DNA from: Candidatus Versatilivorator sp.
Lineage (GTDB): Bacteria > Acidobacteriota > Terriglobia > Versatilivoradales > Versatilivoraceae
Reading direction: 5' to 3'
NCBI GenBank assembly: GCA_965207735.1
Contig: OZ242296.1
Span: 1,984,001 to 2,048,000 of the forward strand
Length of the DNA stretch: 64,000 bases
Both the position numbers and the translations under genes were made by a program. Positions 50,265 to 60,273 of the stretch are shown here, one piece after another; within the stretch, counting starts at the first letter, position 1, and each line of letters begins with the position of its first letter. The notes below the pieces were generated by a model. That model was not told the origin of the DNA. It worked only from the letters and a program-made list of their open reading frames with translations, and did not search any database.

Positions 50265-50664
50265 ACACCCCAGTCTCAACCCATTGAACCAACCCGTCTG
50301 ATGCAGCCGGGCCGCAGTCAAGCAACAGCAGGGCGCCAGTATCGGAAGTGATGGGACCGCCGTCGAAAGCAGCCACGAAGCCGCCTCGGCCGGAGCGAGA
50401 TCGATCGACGTTTTCCGCCTCCGGGGGTCAAGGTTGTGGCGTCATATGGGTGGCCACCTTACAAAGTTCGCCTATGCCGGTTTGTAGCAACTGCGTACGA
50501 CTTCAATGGTTCTGGATTCGGCCGCCTTTGAAGTGTTGGTCCGGCGCGTCATGTTCTGATACCGTTCCTTTTGAAAGTGTGGTTAAGTTAGGCATCGGAC
50601 TCAAACTCTTGCTGCAGCCCGCTGACACGCGGGTGCTTCTCCAGACCCGCTCCGACCCTTACCA

Positions 50665-53600
50665 ATGAATTTCAACAGAAACAACCACGCCGAACCCCGT
50701 GGACCGATTGCCTATATGGCGGGCAACAGCGTCGCGTCCAATCTGCTGATGTTCGGCATCATCGCTGCGGGCCTCGTGTCGCTGACCGGCCTCGAGCAAG
50801 AAGGGTGGCCCACGGTGCCCTTCTATCAGTTCGAAATCTCCGTGGCGCTCCCCGGGGCAACGCCCGAAGAGGTGGAGGAGGCCATCGTCGTCAAGATCGA
50901 GGATGAGGTCAGGGGACTGGCGGACGTGAAGGCGGTCAGGTCCGTAGCGGCCCCGGGAATCGCGTCCGTCAGGGTCGAATTCAAATCGGGCACGGACATG
51001 GGCGCGAAGAGGGATGAAGTCGAGTCGGCGGTCGGGCGCATTCAGACGTTCCCGGGCGGAGCCGAGCGGCCCCAAATCCGGGAAATGACCAACGCCCAGA
51101 GCATGATGCGCCTCATCCTCTACGGCGACGTACCCGAGCGGTCGCTGAAGGAGCTCGCCAACCGTATCGAGGACGATCTCGCTTCGCTCCCGAACGTGTC
51201 CCAGGTCGAGACCAGCGCTGTGCGCGACTACGAGATCTCGATCGAAGTACCAATGCAGCGGCTGCGGGCCCTTCGGCTTACTCTTACCGATGTCGCCAAT
51301 GCGATTCGCCGCGGTTCCCTGGACCTGTCCGCGGGCAGCATCAATACCGAGCAGTCCCAGGTGCGAATTCGGACCCTCGGTCAGAGCTACCATCAGCAGG
51401 ATTTCGAGGACATCGTCATCCTCGGCCGCGACGACGGCACAGTGGTGCGCCTGGGTGATATTGCCGAGGTGCGCGACGGATTCCAGGACTCAGATTTGAT
51501 CGTGCGGCACCAGGGTCATCCAGCCGTGTTCGTTGAGGTTTCGCGAGCCGACGGCGAGAGGGTGATGGATGTGTCGCGCGCCGTTCGGGACCATGTTGCG
51601 AACGAGATCACGCCCTCGCTCCCCGACGGCGTGGGCATCAGTATCTGGAGCGACGACTCTTCGGTCTTCGTGGAGCGCGGCCTCATTCTCCTCAAGAACG
51701 GAGGCATGGGGCTGTTGCTGGTCTTGCTCGCGCTGGGCCTTTTCCTCGAACTCCGGCTGGCGTTTTGGGTCGCCGTCGGTCTCGGCGTTTCCGCGATCGG
51801 CGCCCTGGCCGCCATGCTGATTTTCGACATCCCGCTCCATGAGATATCGCTCTTCGCGTTCGTGCTCGCGATCGGAATCGTCGTAGACGACGCGATCGTC
51901 GTGTCCGAGCACATTCACCAGGAGCGAATGCGCGGAACGGCGGGGGTTGTAGCGGCGATCCGGGGTGCGCGACGAATCAAGGTGCCGCTGATTTTCGCAG
52001 TGCTGACAACGGTCGTGGCGTTCCTTCCGCTGGCCTTCATACCCGCGGGCTTCGGAGAGGTCTGGAAGGCCCTGCCGATCGTCGTCATTGCCATGCTGCT
52101 GATTTCGCTGGCCGAATCGCTGCTGGTACTGCCCAACCATCTATCCCATCATCTGCACGGCCCGGATTGGGTGCCCGGTACGGGCACTGAACGAATCGTC
52201 TCCCGGATCCAGAATCGTGTCGATTCCTGGTTCAACAGTTTTGTACAGGGGCCCCTGGATCGTGGGATACAGTTCGCGACGGACTGGCCTGAGGTGACGG
52301 TCGCGGGGGCCGTCGCGCTGCTCATCCTGAGCATTTCCCTCATCCCGGCCGGCATCGTCCCCACCACCTTCGCAACAGCGGTCGAAGGCGACTTCGCAAT
52401 CGCCACCATCGAGATGCCGGACGGAACGACCGCGCAGCAGACGTACGCAGTGGCGCAACAGTTGGAGTCAGCCGGTCGCCGGGCCATGGAGCGGCTTTCC
52501 GAAGGCCGGCCCGCGGATGCGCCTCCTCTACTGTCCGGCGTTACGGTCGTCGTCGGTCAGCGTTCGCGGATCGAAACCGGGGGCCTCAACCCCTCGCCCA
52601 CCCTGAACCCGGAAGCCAATGTCGCCACCATCGAGTTCAAGCTCCTGAGCGCGCAGCAGCGGCGCATCACTTCGGGGGAAGTCGTGCAGGCATGGCGCGA
52701 GGAGGTGGGTGTCATGCCTCATGTGCGCGCGGTCACCTTCATCAGCGAGATCTACACACTGGGCAACCCGGTCGAGGCCGCGCTGTCCCACCCGGATCCG
52801 GAACGCCTGGTCGAGATCGCATCTTCCGCAGTCGCTGGCCTTGGCGGAGTCGGAGGCGTCTTCGACATACGCTCTGATCACACTCGCGGCATCCCGGAAG
52901 TTCAGATGGGATTGCGTCCCGAAGCGCGCACCCTCGGCCTCACGCTCGATGATCTTGCCCGGCAGACGAGAGCCGCCTTCTTTGGCGTAGAGGCCGTGCG
53001 GGTGCAGCGAGGACGTGAAGAAGTTCGGGTTTATGTGCGGCTACCCGAGGAGCAGCGTAATGCGATCACCGACGTCGAGAGATACTGGCTCCGTACGCCA
53101 ACCGGTGCCGACGTGCCGTTAAGCCGCGTGGCTTCGCTGAGTTCGGGCACATCGCCGCCGGCCATCCGGCGCCAAGACGGCCAGCGCATTGTCACGGTCA
53201 CCGCTGACGTGGATGCCAGTGTGATTTCCGCCGCGACCGCCAATGACATTCTGGAGAACACTATCTTCGCGGAACTCATCGACGAAAACCCGGAACTCAC
53301 CTACACCTTCGGAGGTGAACAGCAGCAGCAGCTCGACTCTCTAGGCGGTCTATATCGCGGATTCGTAATCGCGTTGCTCATGATCTTCGCGCTGCTGGCC
53401 ATTCCGCTGCGCTCCTATACCAAACCGTTCATCGTCATGGCCATCATCCCGTTTGGGTTCATCGGCGTGATCCTGGGCCACTGGGTCCTGGGGGTGGCCG
53501 TGAGCGCGGAATCCTTCGTCGGGATATTCGGCCTCGCCGGCGTGGTGGTGAACGATTCCCTGGTGATGATCGATTTCACCGATCAGAAGCTCAGGGAAGA

Positions 53601-53844
53601 CATTCCGGTGCGAACCGCGATCATCGAGGGTGCGAAGGGACGATTTCGCCCGGTCATGCTTACTTCCCTGACCACCTTCCTCGGCTTCACCCCCCTTATT
53701 CTCGAAGACGCGATTCAGGCGCAGTTCTTTGTTCCCTTTGCCGCCTCGATCGGCTGCGGCATCCTCTTCACCACGACAATGGTCATGTTTCTGGTGCCCG
53801 CGCTTTCCTCGATCCATCAGCGCCTGACCTCGGCGCGGGGCTGA
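50665..53844 (+). CDS. RND efflux permease (AcrB-like)
   Basis: PGATPEEVEE, IGIVVDDAIVV, GVVVNDSLVM, RFRPVMLTSLTT. Two periplasmic loops, 1059 aa. Confidence 0.93.
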   Translation: MNFNRNNHAEPRGPIAYMAGNSVASNLLMFGIIAAGLVSLTGLEQEGWPTVPFYQFEISVALPGATPEEVEEAIVVKIEDEVRGLADVKAVRSVAAPGIASVRVEFKSGTDMGAKRDEVESAVGRIQTFPGGAERPQIREMTNAQSMMRLILYGDVPERSLKELANRIEDDLASLPNVSQVETSAVRDYEISIEVPMQRLRALRLTLTDVANAIRRGSLDLSAGSINTEQSQVRIRTLGQSYHQQDFEDIVILGRDDGTVVRLGDIAEVRDGFQDSDLIVRHQGHPAVFVEVSRADGERVMDVSRAVRDHVANEITPSLPDGVGISIWSDDSSVFVERGLILLKNGGMGLLLVLLALGLFLELRLAFWVAVGLGVSAIGALAAMLIFDIPLHEISLFAFVLAIGIVVDDAIVVSEHIHQERMRGTAGVVAAIRGARRIKVPLIFAVLTTVVAFLPLAFIPAGFGEVWKALPIVVIAMLLISLAESLLVLPNHLSHHLHGPDWVPGTGTERIVSRIQNRVDSWFNSFVQGPLDRGIQFATDWPEVTVAGAVALLILSISLIPAGIVPTTFATAVEGDFAIATIEMPDGTTAQQTYAVAQQLESAGRRAMERLSEGRPADAPPLLSGVTVVVGQRSRIETGGLNPSPTLNPEANVATIEFKLLSAQQRRITSGEVVQAWREEVGVMPHVRAVTFISEIYTLGNPVEAALSHPDPERLVEIASSAVAGLGGVGGVFDIRSDHTRGIPEVQMGLRPEARTLGLTLDDLARQTRAAFFGVEAVRVQRGREEVRVYVRLPEEQRNAITDVERYWLRTPTGADVPLSRVASLSSGTSPPAIRRQDGQRIVTVTADVDASVISAATANDILENTIFAELIDENPELTYTFGGEQQQQLDSLGGLYRGFVIALLMIFALLAIPLRSYTKPFIVMAIIPFGFIGVILGHWVLGVAVSAESFVGIFGLAGVVVNDSLVMIDFTDQKLREDIPVRTAIIEGAKGRFRPVMLTSLTTFLGFTPLILEDAIQAQFFVPFAASIGCGILFTTTMVMFLVPALSSIHQRLTSARG

Positions 53845-54063
53845 CGGCCGCTGGGGAAAGTGGCGCGCGCACCGGGGCCACACCGGGAGAACCGGCCAGC
53901 GACGTTCCCGGTTGGCAGGGAAAGTGAGGGAGGAGCGCCCACCGGGAGGATTGGCCCGGGCGTATTCCGACCGAAACTCAACGATGAAGGCTGCGAAGCG
54001 ACGCGCACTCGCCGGGATGCATCGCCGGTCGAATGCCACACTACCGCGTCAGCAGGCCGCTGT

Positions 54064-55116
54064 TTACCCCCGAAGAGGCCGGCGCACCAAGAAACAGTAG
54101 AGCGACGTGAAGATTCCGGCCCGGCCCCCGGCGACATAAGCGCTTGCGGTCCGATCCAGCAGGCTGACGACCTCCGTCGAGCCCTTCGGGAACACACCGA
54201 GATATTCGGCCATCCTGGATCCCCACTTCCAAGCCTTGCGGCCCATCGGAGTCCGGCGGAAAGCACTGCCGAGCAGTCCGCCCCGGGTTTCCATGGGCTG
54301 ATACCACGGCGTGATCGGACCATGCTGGGCGCGGGCGAGGTCCAACCCCTCCATGACTTCGAATCCCGCGGTTTCGAGCGCCCTGTTTACCTCACGAAAC
54401 GTTGCGATTTCCTTGAGCGCGATGCCGTGCATGAGTTCCCGCTTGATGGCGCGATGCCGATCGTTACCGGGATCGAACAGGTCCGTCATGCACATTTCCT
54501 GACCCCAGAAGAGGGCTCCCGGTTTCAGGACGCGGTAGATTTCGGCGAACGCAGCCGCCTTGTCGGCCGCGTGGCAGGTCGATTCGATCGCGTAGCCACT
54601 GTCGAACGTTTTGTCCGCGATGCCTTTCATTTCCATGAAGCTGCACACCAGGCAGTCGGTCATGTCATCGAGCCCCGCAGCCGCGTTCAGCCGCTTGGCT
54701 TTGTTGCACTGGACTTCACTTATGTTGACCCCGACGACCCTGACACCGGCCTCGCGGGCGACCCGGCGCATTGGACCACCGATCCCGCAGCCGATGTCGA
54801 CTACCGTCATGCCCGGCCGCAGTTCGAGCTTGGAGATCATGAGTTGCTGGTGCCGGAGCTTGGAGTCCTCCAAGCTCTCGCCAGGCGACAGCGGCGCGAA
54901 GTGAAGGGATTCTCCCCAACCCCAGACCATGAAGTCGCTACAAAGGTCGTAGTATTCCCTGACGGTCGGCGTGTGGTCGTAGCCCGCTTCGGAATCCTGG
55001 TGGGACACCCTTCTGGTCCATCCGTCGAAGTCCTGCACGCGGCGGACGACGTTCGACCCGCCGAATGCGGCCTTCAGCGCATTGGATAATTCGTGGAATT
55101 GCCTCGCCGACCTCAT
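54064..55116 (-). CDS. sterol C24-methyltransferase (SMT/Erg6)-like SAM methyltransferase
   Basis: SMT regions: YYD...WGWGESLHFAP (I), DIGCGIGGPMR (II), AIESTCHA (III), EIYRVLKPG (IV). Confidence 0.88.
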   Translation of the reverse strand: MRSARQFHELSNALKAAFGGSNVVRRVQDFDGWTRRVSHQDSEAGYDHTPTVREYYDLCSDFMVWGWGESLHFAPLSPGESLEDSKLRHQQLMISKLELRPGMTVVDIGCGIGGPMRRVAREAGVRVVGVNISEVQCNKAKRLNAAAGLDDMTDCLVCSFMEMKGIADKTFDSGYAIESTCHAADKAAAFAEIYRVLKPGALFWGQEMCMTDLFDPGNDRHRAIKRELMHGIALKEIATFREVNRALETAGFEVMEGLDLARAQHGPITPWYQPMETRGGLLGSAFRRTPMGRKAWKWGSRMAEYLGVFPKGSTEVVSLLDRTASAYVAGGRAGIFTSLYCFLVRRPLRG

Positions 55117-55394
55117 GGCAGGTTCTCCAGTCACTCCGGGACGGCCATGCGGGCTTCCTCCTGGAACTGATTGGTTGCGCTCCTCTCAGTTTCTCGGATT
55201 TAGCCCGTATGAACAACCATCACAGAATTCACAGCCAGCCCTATCGACCATCCCCGGTGACGGACCGAAAAAATCAAGCTAGCGTGGAAAGCTAGATTCA
55301 ACTTACTTAACCAAATGTTCAACAAGGAATGGTATACGAACATGACGCGCCTGACCATTACTTCAAAGACGGCCGAATCCAGAACCAATTGAGT

Positions 55395-55484
55395 CTGGAA
55401 GACGGGCAGTGGGTCATCACCGGCGGCAGTCAGCACGTCAGCGAAGGCATGGTGGTAGAGACCGGGGACGGGCCGACGCGGTGA
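55395..55484 (+). pseudogene. 3' remnant of the MFP gene carried by the segmental duplication
   Basis: Translates LEDGQWVITGGSQHVSEGMVVETGDGPTR*, compared with the MFP C-terminus LEDGQLAIIGGIQHVTEGMLVQTGDGSAP*. Confidence 0.85.
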
Positions 55485-55612
55485 GTCGGTTTAAAAGCCG
55501 TATGATAAAATGCGAAAGTTCAGTCATTTGCCGACTCCCCCGTTTCTCGATGTCCGGAGTTAGCCCGCAATTCTCGCCAAGCCGCTAAGCATACGGTAGG
55601 TGCAGGAAGATC

Positions 55613-57640
55613 ATGAGCTCGTCCGTGCAATCCCCAATACGCCTCGCCGAAGAGTTGGTCCTCCTGATGCTCAACGAGCAGAGCGGCTACCTGGAGATGG
55701 TGCCGGGCTGGAGTTTCTCCTGCGTCATGGCCGGCGCCGTGATCGCCGATCTGGCGCTGGAGGATCGAATCGACAGTGATTTGAACAGGATGTATCTTAC
55801 CGATCCCACGCCGACCGGAGACTCCCTGCTCGACCCCACGCTCAAGGAGATCGCCGAGTCCCGGGAAACGTCGGACACTCAATTCTGGATCGAACGGACC
55901 GCGGGCCGTTCCGACGAAATCGTCACGACCACGCTGGATCGCCTGGTGGAGAGGAAAATCCTCGACTACGAGAGTGGTGGATTCTGGGGACTTTCGCGCT
56001 CGGTTTCCCGTTCGGGAACCTATCAGACTTCCGACCTCCAAATCCGCCAGGAAGCCAAGGCAAGAGTGCTGAGCGTCATCTTGAACGACGACATCCCTGA
56101 TCCGAGCGATGCCATTCTCATTGCCTTGATGCATACTTGCAGCGGTTTCAAGCTGGTGCTTTCGCCGGAAGACTACCAAGAGAAGCTCGAGCGAATCGAG
56201 ACGATTGCCAAGCTGGATCTGGTAGGGCGGTCGGTTGCCAGCGCAGTGAGGGACAGCACCGCCCAACCGAAGACCCGTCGTGTCATCCAAGCCAAACCCA
56301 TTCCGAAACTCCGATTCGTCGACATCCTGCGACAACGTGACCTTCGCTCGGGAAATATCCCGAAGGCGATGAACGGCATCTTCCGTGAGTACGGGCCGGT
56401 CGTCCAGCTTCCCTTCAAGATCCGCAAGTCGACCGTAGTCGCCTTGATGGGGCCGGACACCAATCAGTGGGTCAACAAGTACGGGCGGTTCTACCTGCGC
56501 TCGAAGGACTACATCCAGGATCTGGAACGTGCGTTCGGAGCCACCCGCACCATGCCGGGCATGGATGGCGCCGAGCACTACAGGATGCGCAAGTCGCTTC
56601 AGGGTGCTTATTCCCGTGCCGCGCTCGGGCGGAAGCTGCCGGAGTTGATCCACCAATGCAGACAATCGCTGTGCCGATGGAATGAAGGCGAGGTTTTGCG
56701 AGCAGGCCCGACCTTCAAGAAACACGTCAGCAGCCAAATCTCTCATCTGGTGATCGGAGTGGATTGCGGCCATTACGTCGACGAACTGCTTGAATACGAA
56801 CATCGCGCGCTGGTGACGCAAGTTCAGGGCGCATTGCCCAAGTTCATGCTGCGCACGCCCAAGATGAAGCGCTATGGAAAGCGTGTCCGTGAACTCCAGG
56901 AAGCGATAACCGCATCGCACACGCCGGCTCAGCGGAGGGGAAAGCCGCCGGATATTGCCGACGCAATCCTCGAACTTCACAAGAACGACCCGCAGTTCCT
57001 GCCGGAAACGGACATTACCTTCCCGTTTGTAGCATCAATGGTCGCCAGCATCTATCTCGGCAGCGGGCTCGCCTTCGCGGTCTATTCCATGATTCGACAC
57101 CCGGACCTGTACGCGAAGATCCAACGAGAAGCCGAGTTGCTCTTCGGAAACGGACGTGAACCGCAAGCGGAGGACTTTAGTCACGAGAGCATCGACGCGA
57201 CCGTCCGCCTCTGCATGGAGTCCGCGCGTCTGTACCCGGTGATTCCCTGGCAGTTGAGAACGGTCATGAACGAGTGTATTGTCAGTGGCTATGAAATTCC
57301 GGCCAAGACGATGCTATTGATTTGCCAGACGGCAACTCACTATGCGGAGGACCTGTTCAAGGACCCGCTGGACTTCGACATAGACCGTTATCTACCGGAT
57401 CGGGCGGAACATACGACCCCGGGCGCCTATGCCCCCTATGGCTTGGGAACGCACACTTGCCTTGGAAGTCGGTGGGTGGAACTGCAGATGGCCGTCAATA
57501 TCCTGCTCATCGCCTACCACTTGAAGCTGGACGTGATGCCCGCGGACTACAAACTTGGATTCAATCCCTTCCCGACATCTTCCCCCAACAAGAAGTTGAA
57601 GTTCCGCGTCACTCAAATCAGGAATCCGGTCCTGTCTTGA
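55613..57640 (+). CDS. GPP34 (GOLPH3/Vps74)-cytochrome P450 fusion, copy 2
   Basis: Same length (675 aa) and motifs as copy 1, with roughly 40 substitutions by manual comparison. Confidence 0.88.
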   Translation: MSSSVQSPIRLAEELVLLMLNEQSGYLEMVPGWSFSCVMAGAVIADLALEDRIDSDLNRMYLTDPTPTGDSLLDPTLKEIAESRETSDTQFWIERTAGRSDEIVTTTLDRLVERKILDYESGGFWGLSRSVSRSGTYQTSDLQIRQEAKARVLSVILNDDIPDPSDAILIALMHTCSGFKLVLSPEDYQEKLERIETIAKLDLVGRSVASAVRDSTAQPKTRRVIQAKPIPKLRFVDILRQRDLRSGNIPKAMNGIFREYGPVVQLPFKIRKSTVVALMGPDTNQWVNKYGRFYLRSKDYIQDLERAFGATRTMPGMDGAEHYRMRKSLQGAYSRAALGRKLPELIHQCRQSLCRWNEGEVLRAGPTFKKHVSSQISHLVIGVDCGHYVDELLEYEHRALVTQVQGALPKFMLRTPKMKRYGKRVRELQEAITASHTPAQRRGKPPDIADAILELHKNDPQFLPETDITFPFVASMVASIYLGSGLAFAVYSMIRHPDLYAKIQREAELLFGNGREPQAEDFSHESIDATVRLCMESARLYPVIPWQLRTVMNECIVSGYEIPAKTMLLICQTATHYAEDLFKDPLDFDIDRYLPDRAEHTTPGAYAPYGLGTHTCLGSRWVELQMAVNILLIAYHLKLDVMPADYKLGFNPFPTSSPNKKLKFRVTQIRNPVLS

Positions 57641-57944
57641 ACATTCCAGTCTCAAAACAATACAGAGACCATTTCGATCTTTCTGTGGTAAATTTAGGTT
57701 GCTCGTGTGGTAAATGTGCGTTATTTGCAACCGAAAAATCTGCTGCAGGCCCGCACTTTGGATTGATGCGGCTGCGAGTGTTGGCGGCGGAACGTGGTCT
57801 CTGGGCGGGCTCTCTGGTGTTCTCAGACTGTGCTTCGACGCCGTCATGGTCGTTGGGGCGACCGGCCGCGACGACAATCATGCCGGCGCCCGAAGAATAT
57901 GACCTGATCCCGTAGGGACTCCTACCCGCGATGGAGCGGGGGAA

Positions 57945-58931
57945 ATGACGATGACGGACCATAGAGGCGAGGGCTGTCTGAGAGTTGTCCTGGCCCAGCC
58001 CCGAGGCTTTTGCGCGGGCGTGGAGCGGGCGATAGAGATCGTTGAGGCGGCGCTGCGGAAATTCGGACCTCCGGTATATGTGCGGCATGAAATCGTCCAC
58101 AACCGGCGCGTCGTCGAGAATCTGAAGGCGAAGGGTGTGCACTTCGTGGAGGAGATCGAACAGATTCCAAAAGGGATGGTAGCCGTCTTTAGCGCTCACG
58201 GGGTGGCAGCGCAGGTCGAGCAGGACGCCGCGACACGGGGGCTGCGCGCGATCGATGCTACCTGTCCGCTTGTGTCCAAGGTGCACGCGGAAGGACGGCG
58301 GTACGCCCGCGGCGGCTACGACATCGTGCTGATCGGCCACGAGAACCACCCGGAAGTTGAAGGCACGGTCGGGCAAATTCCAGGCAGGGTCATCGTGATC
58401 GGAGACGTCGAGGGGGTCGAGGCTCTGACGGTGCGCGATCCGGAGAAGGTGGCTTACATTACGCAGACGACCCTTTCCGTTGACGATACGCGTGAGGTAA
58501 TCGCGGCACTTCGACGGCGGTTTCCGAAGATCGTAGGACCGGACGTCAAGGATATCTGTTACGCGACACAGAACCGCCAGGCGGCTGTCCGAATGGCGGC
58601 CTCGATCGTGGATGTGGTTCTGGTGGTGGGCGCCCGCAACAGCTCGAACTCGAACCGGCTGTGCGAGGTGGCTGAGGACGCTGGCGTGCCTGGCTTCCTG
58701 GTCGAAGACGCGTCGAAGCTCGATCCGGCCTGGCTGGAGGGCAAGAAGAGCGTCTGCATTACAGCCGGTGCGTCCGCTCCGGAGGAACTGATCTGGGAGG
58801 TCATCGGGAAGCTCCGGGAATACGCAACGCTGGACGTTTCAACCATGGACGGGATTGTCGAGCACGTGCACTTCGGCCTGCCCGATGGGCTCGATGCCGC
58901 CGGCCCGGGGAGCGAAAGCCGAGCGACCTGA
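57945..58931 (+). CDS. ispH: 4-hydroxy-3-methylbut-2-enyl diphosphate reductase
   Basis: [64 protein letters not shown]. Confidence 0.97.
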   Translation: MTMTDHRGEGCLRVVLAQPRGFCAGVERAIEIVEAALRKFGPPVYVRHEIVHNRRVVENLKAKGVHFVEEIEQIPKGMVAVFSAHGVAAQVEQDAATRGLRAIDATCPLVSKVHAEGRRYARGGYDIVLIGHENHPEVEGTVGQIPGRVIVIGDVEGVEALTVRDPEKVAYITQTTLSVDDTREVIAALRRRFPKIVGPDVKDICYATQNRQAAVRMAASIVDVVLVVGARNSSNSNRLCEVAEDAGVPGFLVEDASKLDPAWLEGKKSVCITAGASAPEELIWEVIGKLREYATLDVSTMDGIVEHVHFGLPDGLDAAGPGSESRAT

Positions 58932-58950
58932 AGAGCGATCCGGGATCAAC

Positions 58951-59079
58951 ATGGCCGCAAGTCACTCGAGCTCTTCGGCGTCGAGCGACATCACATTCCG
59001 GACGGAGATGCTGGACGGGTTGCAGTTCATCCTCTTCAAGCTCTTTACCTTCGGTTTGCCCAAAACGTCGGCGGCATGA
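58951..59079 (+). CDS. possible 42-aa peptide translationally coupled to squalene synthase
   Basis: [42 protein letters not shown] fills the ispH-SQS gap, and its TGA overlaps the next ATG (ATGA). Confidence 0.35.
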   Translation: MAASHSSSSASSDITFRTEMLDGLQFILFKLFTFGLPKTSAA

Positions 59080-60152
59080 GCGCGACTTCTTCAAATGGAC
59101 CGACCGACAGCGATCTTTCCTGCCAGACGCGTTTGCTGCAAGACGTTTCACGCACCTTTGCTCTCACCATTCCGCAGCTCCCCCATCGCTTGCGATGGCC
59201 CGTAACCAACGCTTATCTCCTGTGTCGGATTGCCGACACCATCGAGGACGAGCCTGCGCTCTCGCTGGCGCAGAAGCAGGCGTTCCTGGACCGGTTGGTT
59301 CAAATGATTGCCGGTCGTGAAGATGCGACCCCATTCGCTCGTGACCTCGGCTCACTGCTGTCTTCATCCACCACCGAGCAGGAGCGGGACCTTGTTGCCA
59401 ACTGCAGCCGCGTAATCCGTATCACTGCAAGTCTCCGTTCCAGCCAGCGCGGAGCCATCGTGCGTTGCTTGCGAATCATGTCTCGCGGCATGATGGAGTT
59501 CCAGCGAAATCCAAACCCGGTCGGGCTGAAGGACTGTTCCTGTCTGGATCGCTATTGCTATTACGTTGCGGGAGTTGTGGGGGAGATGCTCACCGAGTTG
59601 TTCTGCGACTACTCCGCCGAAGTCAACAAGCAGCGAAAGGGTCTGCTGGAATTGTCGGTGGCCTACGCCCAGGGACTGCAGATGACCAACATCCTCAAGG
59701 ACCTGTGGGACGACCGGCGGCGCGGTGTGTGCTGGCTTCCCAGAGACGTGTTCCGGGCATCAGGTTTCGAGTTGGATCAACTGTCCCCCGGCGAGGCCGA
59801 TCCAAGGTTCCTCGATGGGTTCTTCGAGCTGGTGGCGATTACCGTGCGCTTGCTCCGGGATGGATTGCGGTACGTTCTGCTCATCCCTGCCCATGAAGCC
59901 GGCCTCCGCCGCTATCTATTATGGAGCCTGGGCTTGTCCGTGCTCACGTTGCGGCGCCTCTACAGGACGCCCTCATTCATGAGCGGCCGGAATATAAGAC
60001 TGTCGCGGTTGAGCGTCGCAGCGCTCATTGTCTTGAGCAGCGTCCTGGCTCGGTCGGATTCCGCCTTGAAGTTCCTGTTCAAGGCGGTCACCCGCGGTCT
60101 GCCCGTCGCCGCGCAGCCTCAACCGGTCAACTCCTTGAATATTGAGCGCTAA
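59076..60152 (+). CDS. squalene/phytoene synthase family (farnesyl-diphosphate farnesyltransferase-like)
   Basis: [35 protein letters not shown] and [10 protein letters not shown], matching the single-enzyme squalene-synthase-type signature. Confidence 0.9.
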   Translation: MSATSSNGPTDSDLSCQTRLLQDVSRTFALTIPQLPHRLRWPVTNAYLLCRIADTIEDEPALSLAQKQAFLDRLVQMIAGREDATPFARDLGSLLSSSTTEQERDLVANCSRVIRITASLRSSQRGAIVRCLRIMSRGMMEFQRNPNPVGLKDCSCLDRYCYYVAGVVGEMLTELFCDYSAEVNKQRKGLLELSVAYAQGLQMTNILKDLWDDRRRGVCWLPRDVFRASGFELDQLSPGEADPRFLDGFFELVAITVRLLRDGLRYVLLIPAHEAGLRRYLLWSLGLSVLTLRRLYRTPSFMSGRNIRLSRLSVAALIVLSSVLARSDSALKFLFKAVTRGLPVAAQPQPVNSLNIER

Positions 60153-60273
60153 GGGGTGCGCTCGGAAAATTTCTCGCAGCTTCCTCAACTCTCGGTGTAT
60201 GACGAGGAGGGGATGAGCTGCAAGATGCCCGATCACGTCCATTCCGCCAAGTCAAGTTCCTGGTGAATGCCGT

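Noticed and set aside
59076-60152. Carotenoid (crtB) or hopanoid (hpnCD) cluster
   Set aside because: There is no crtI, hpnE or shc in the window. The motifs ([15 protein letters not shown]) and neighbours fit the single-enzyme squalene-synthase type better. Not fully excluded.
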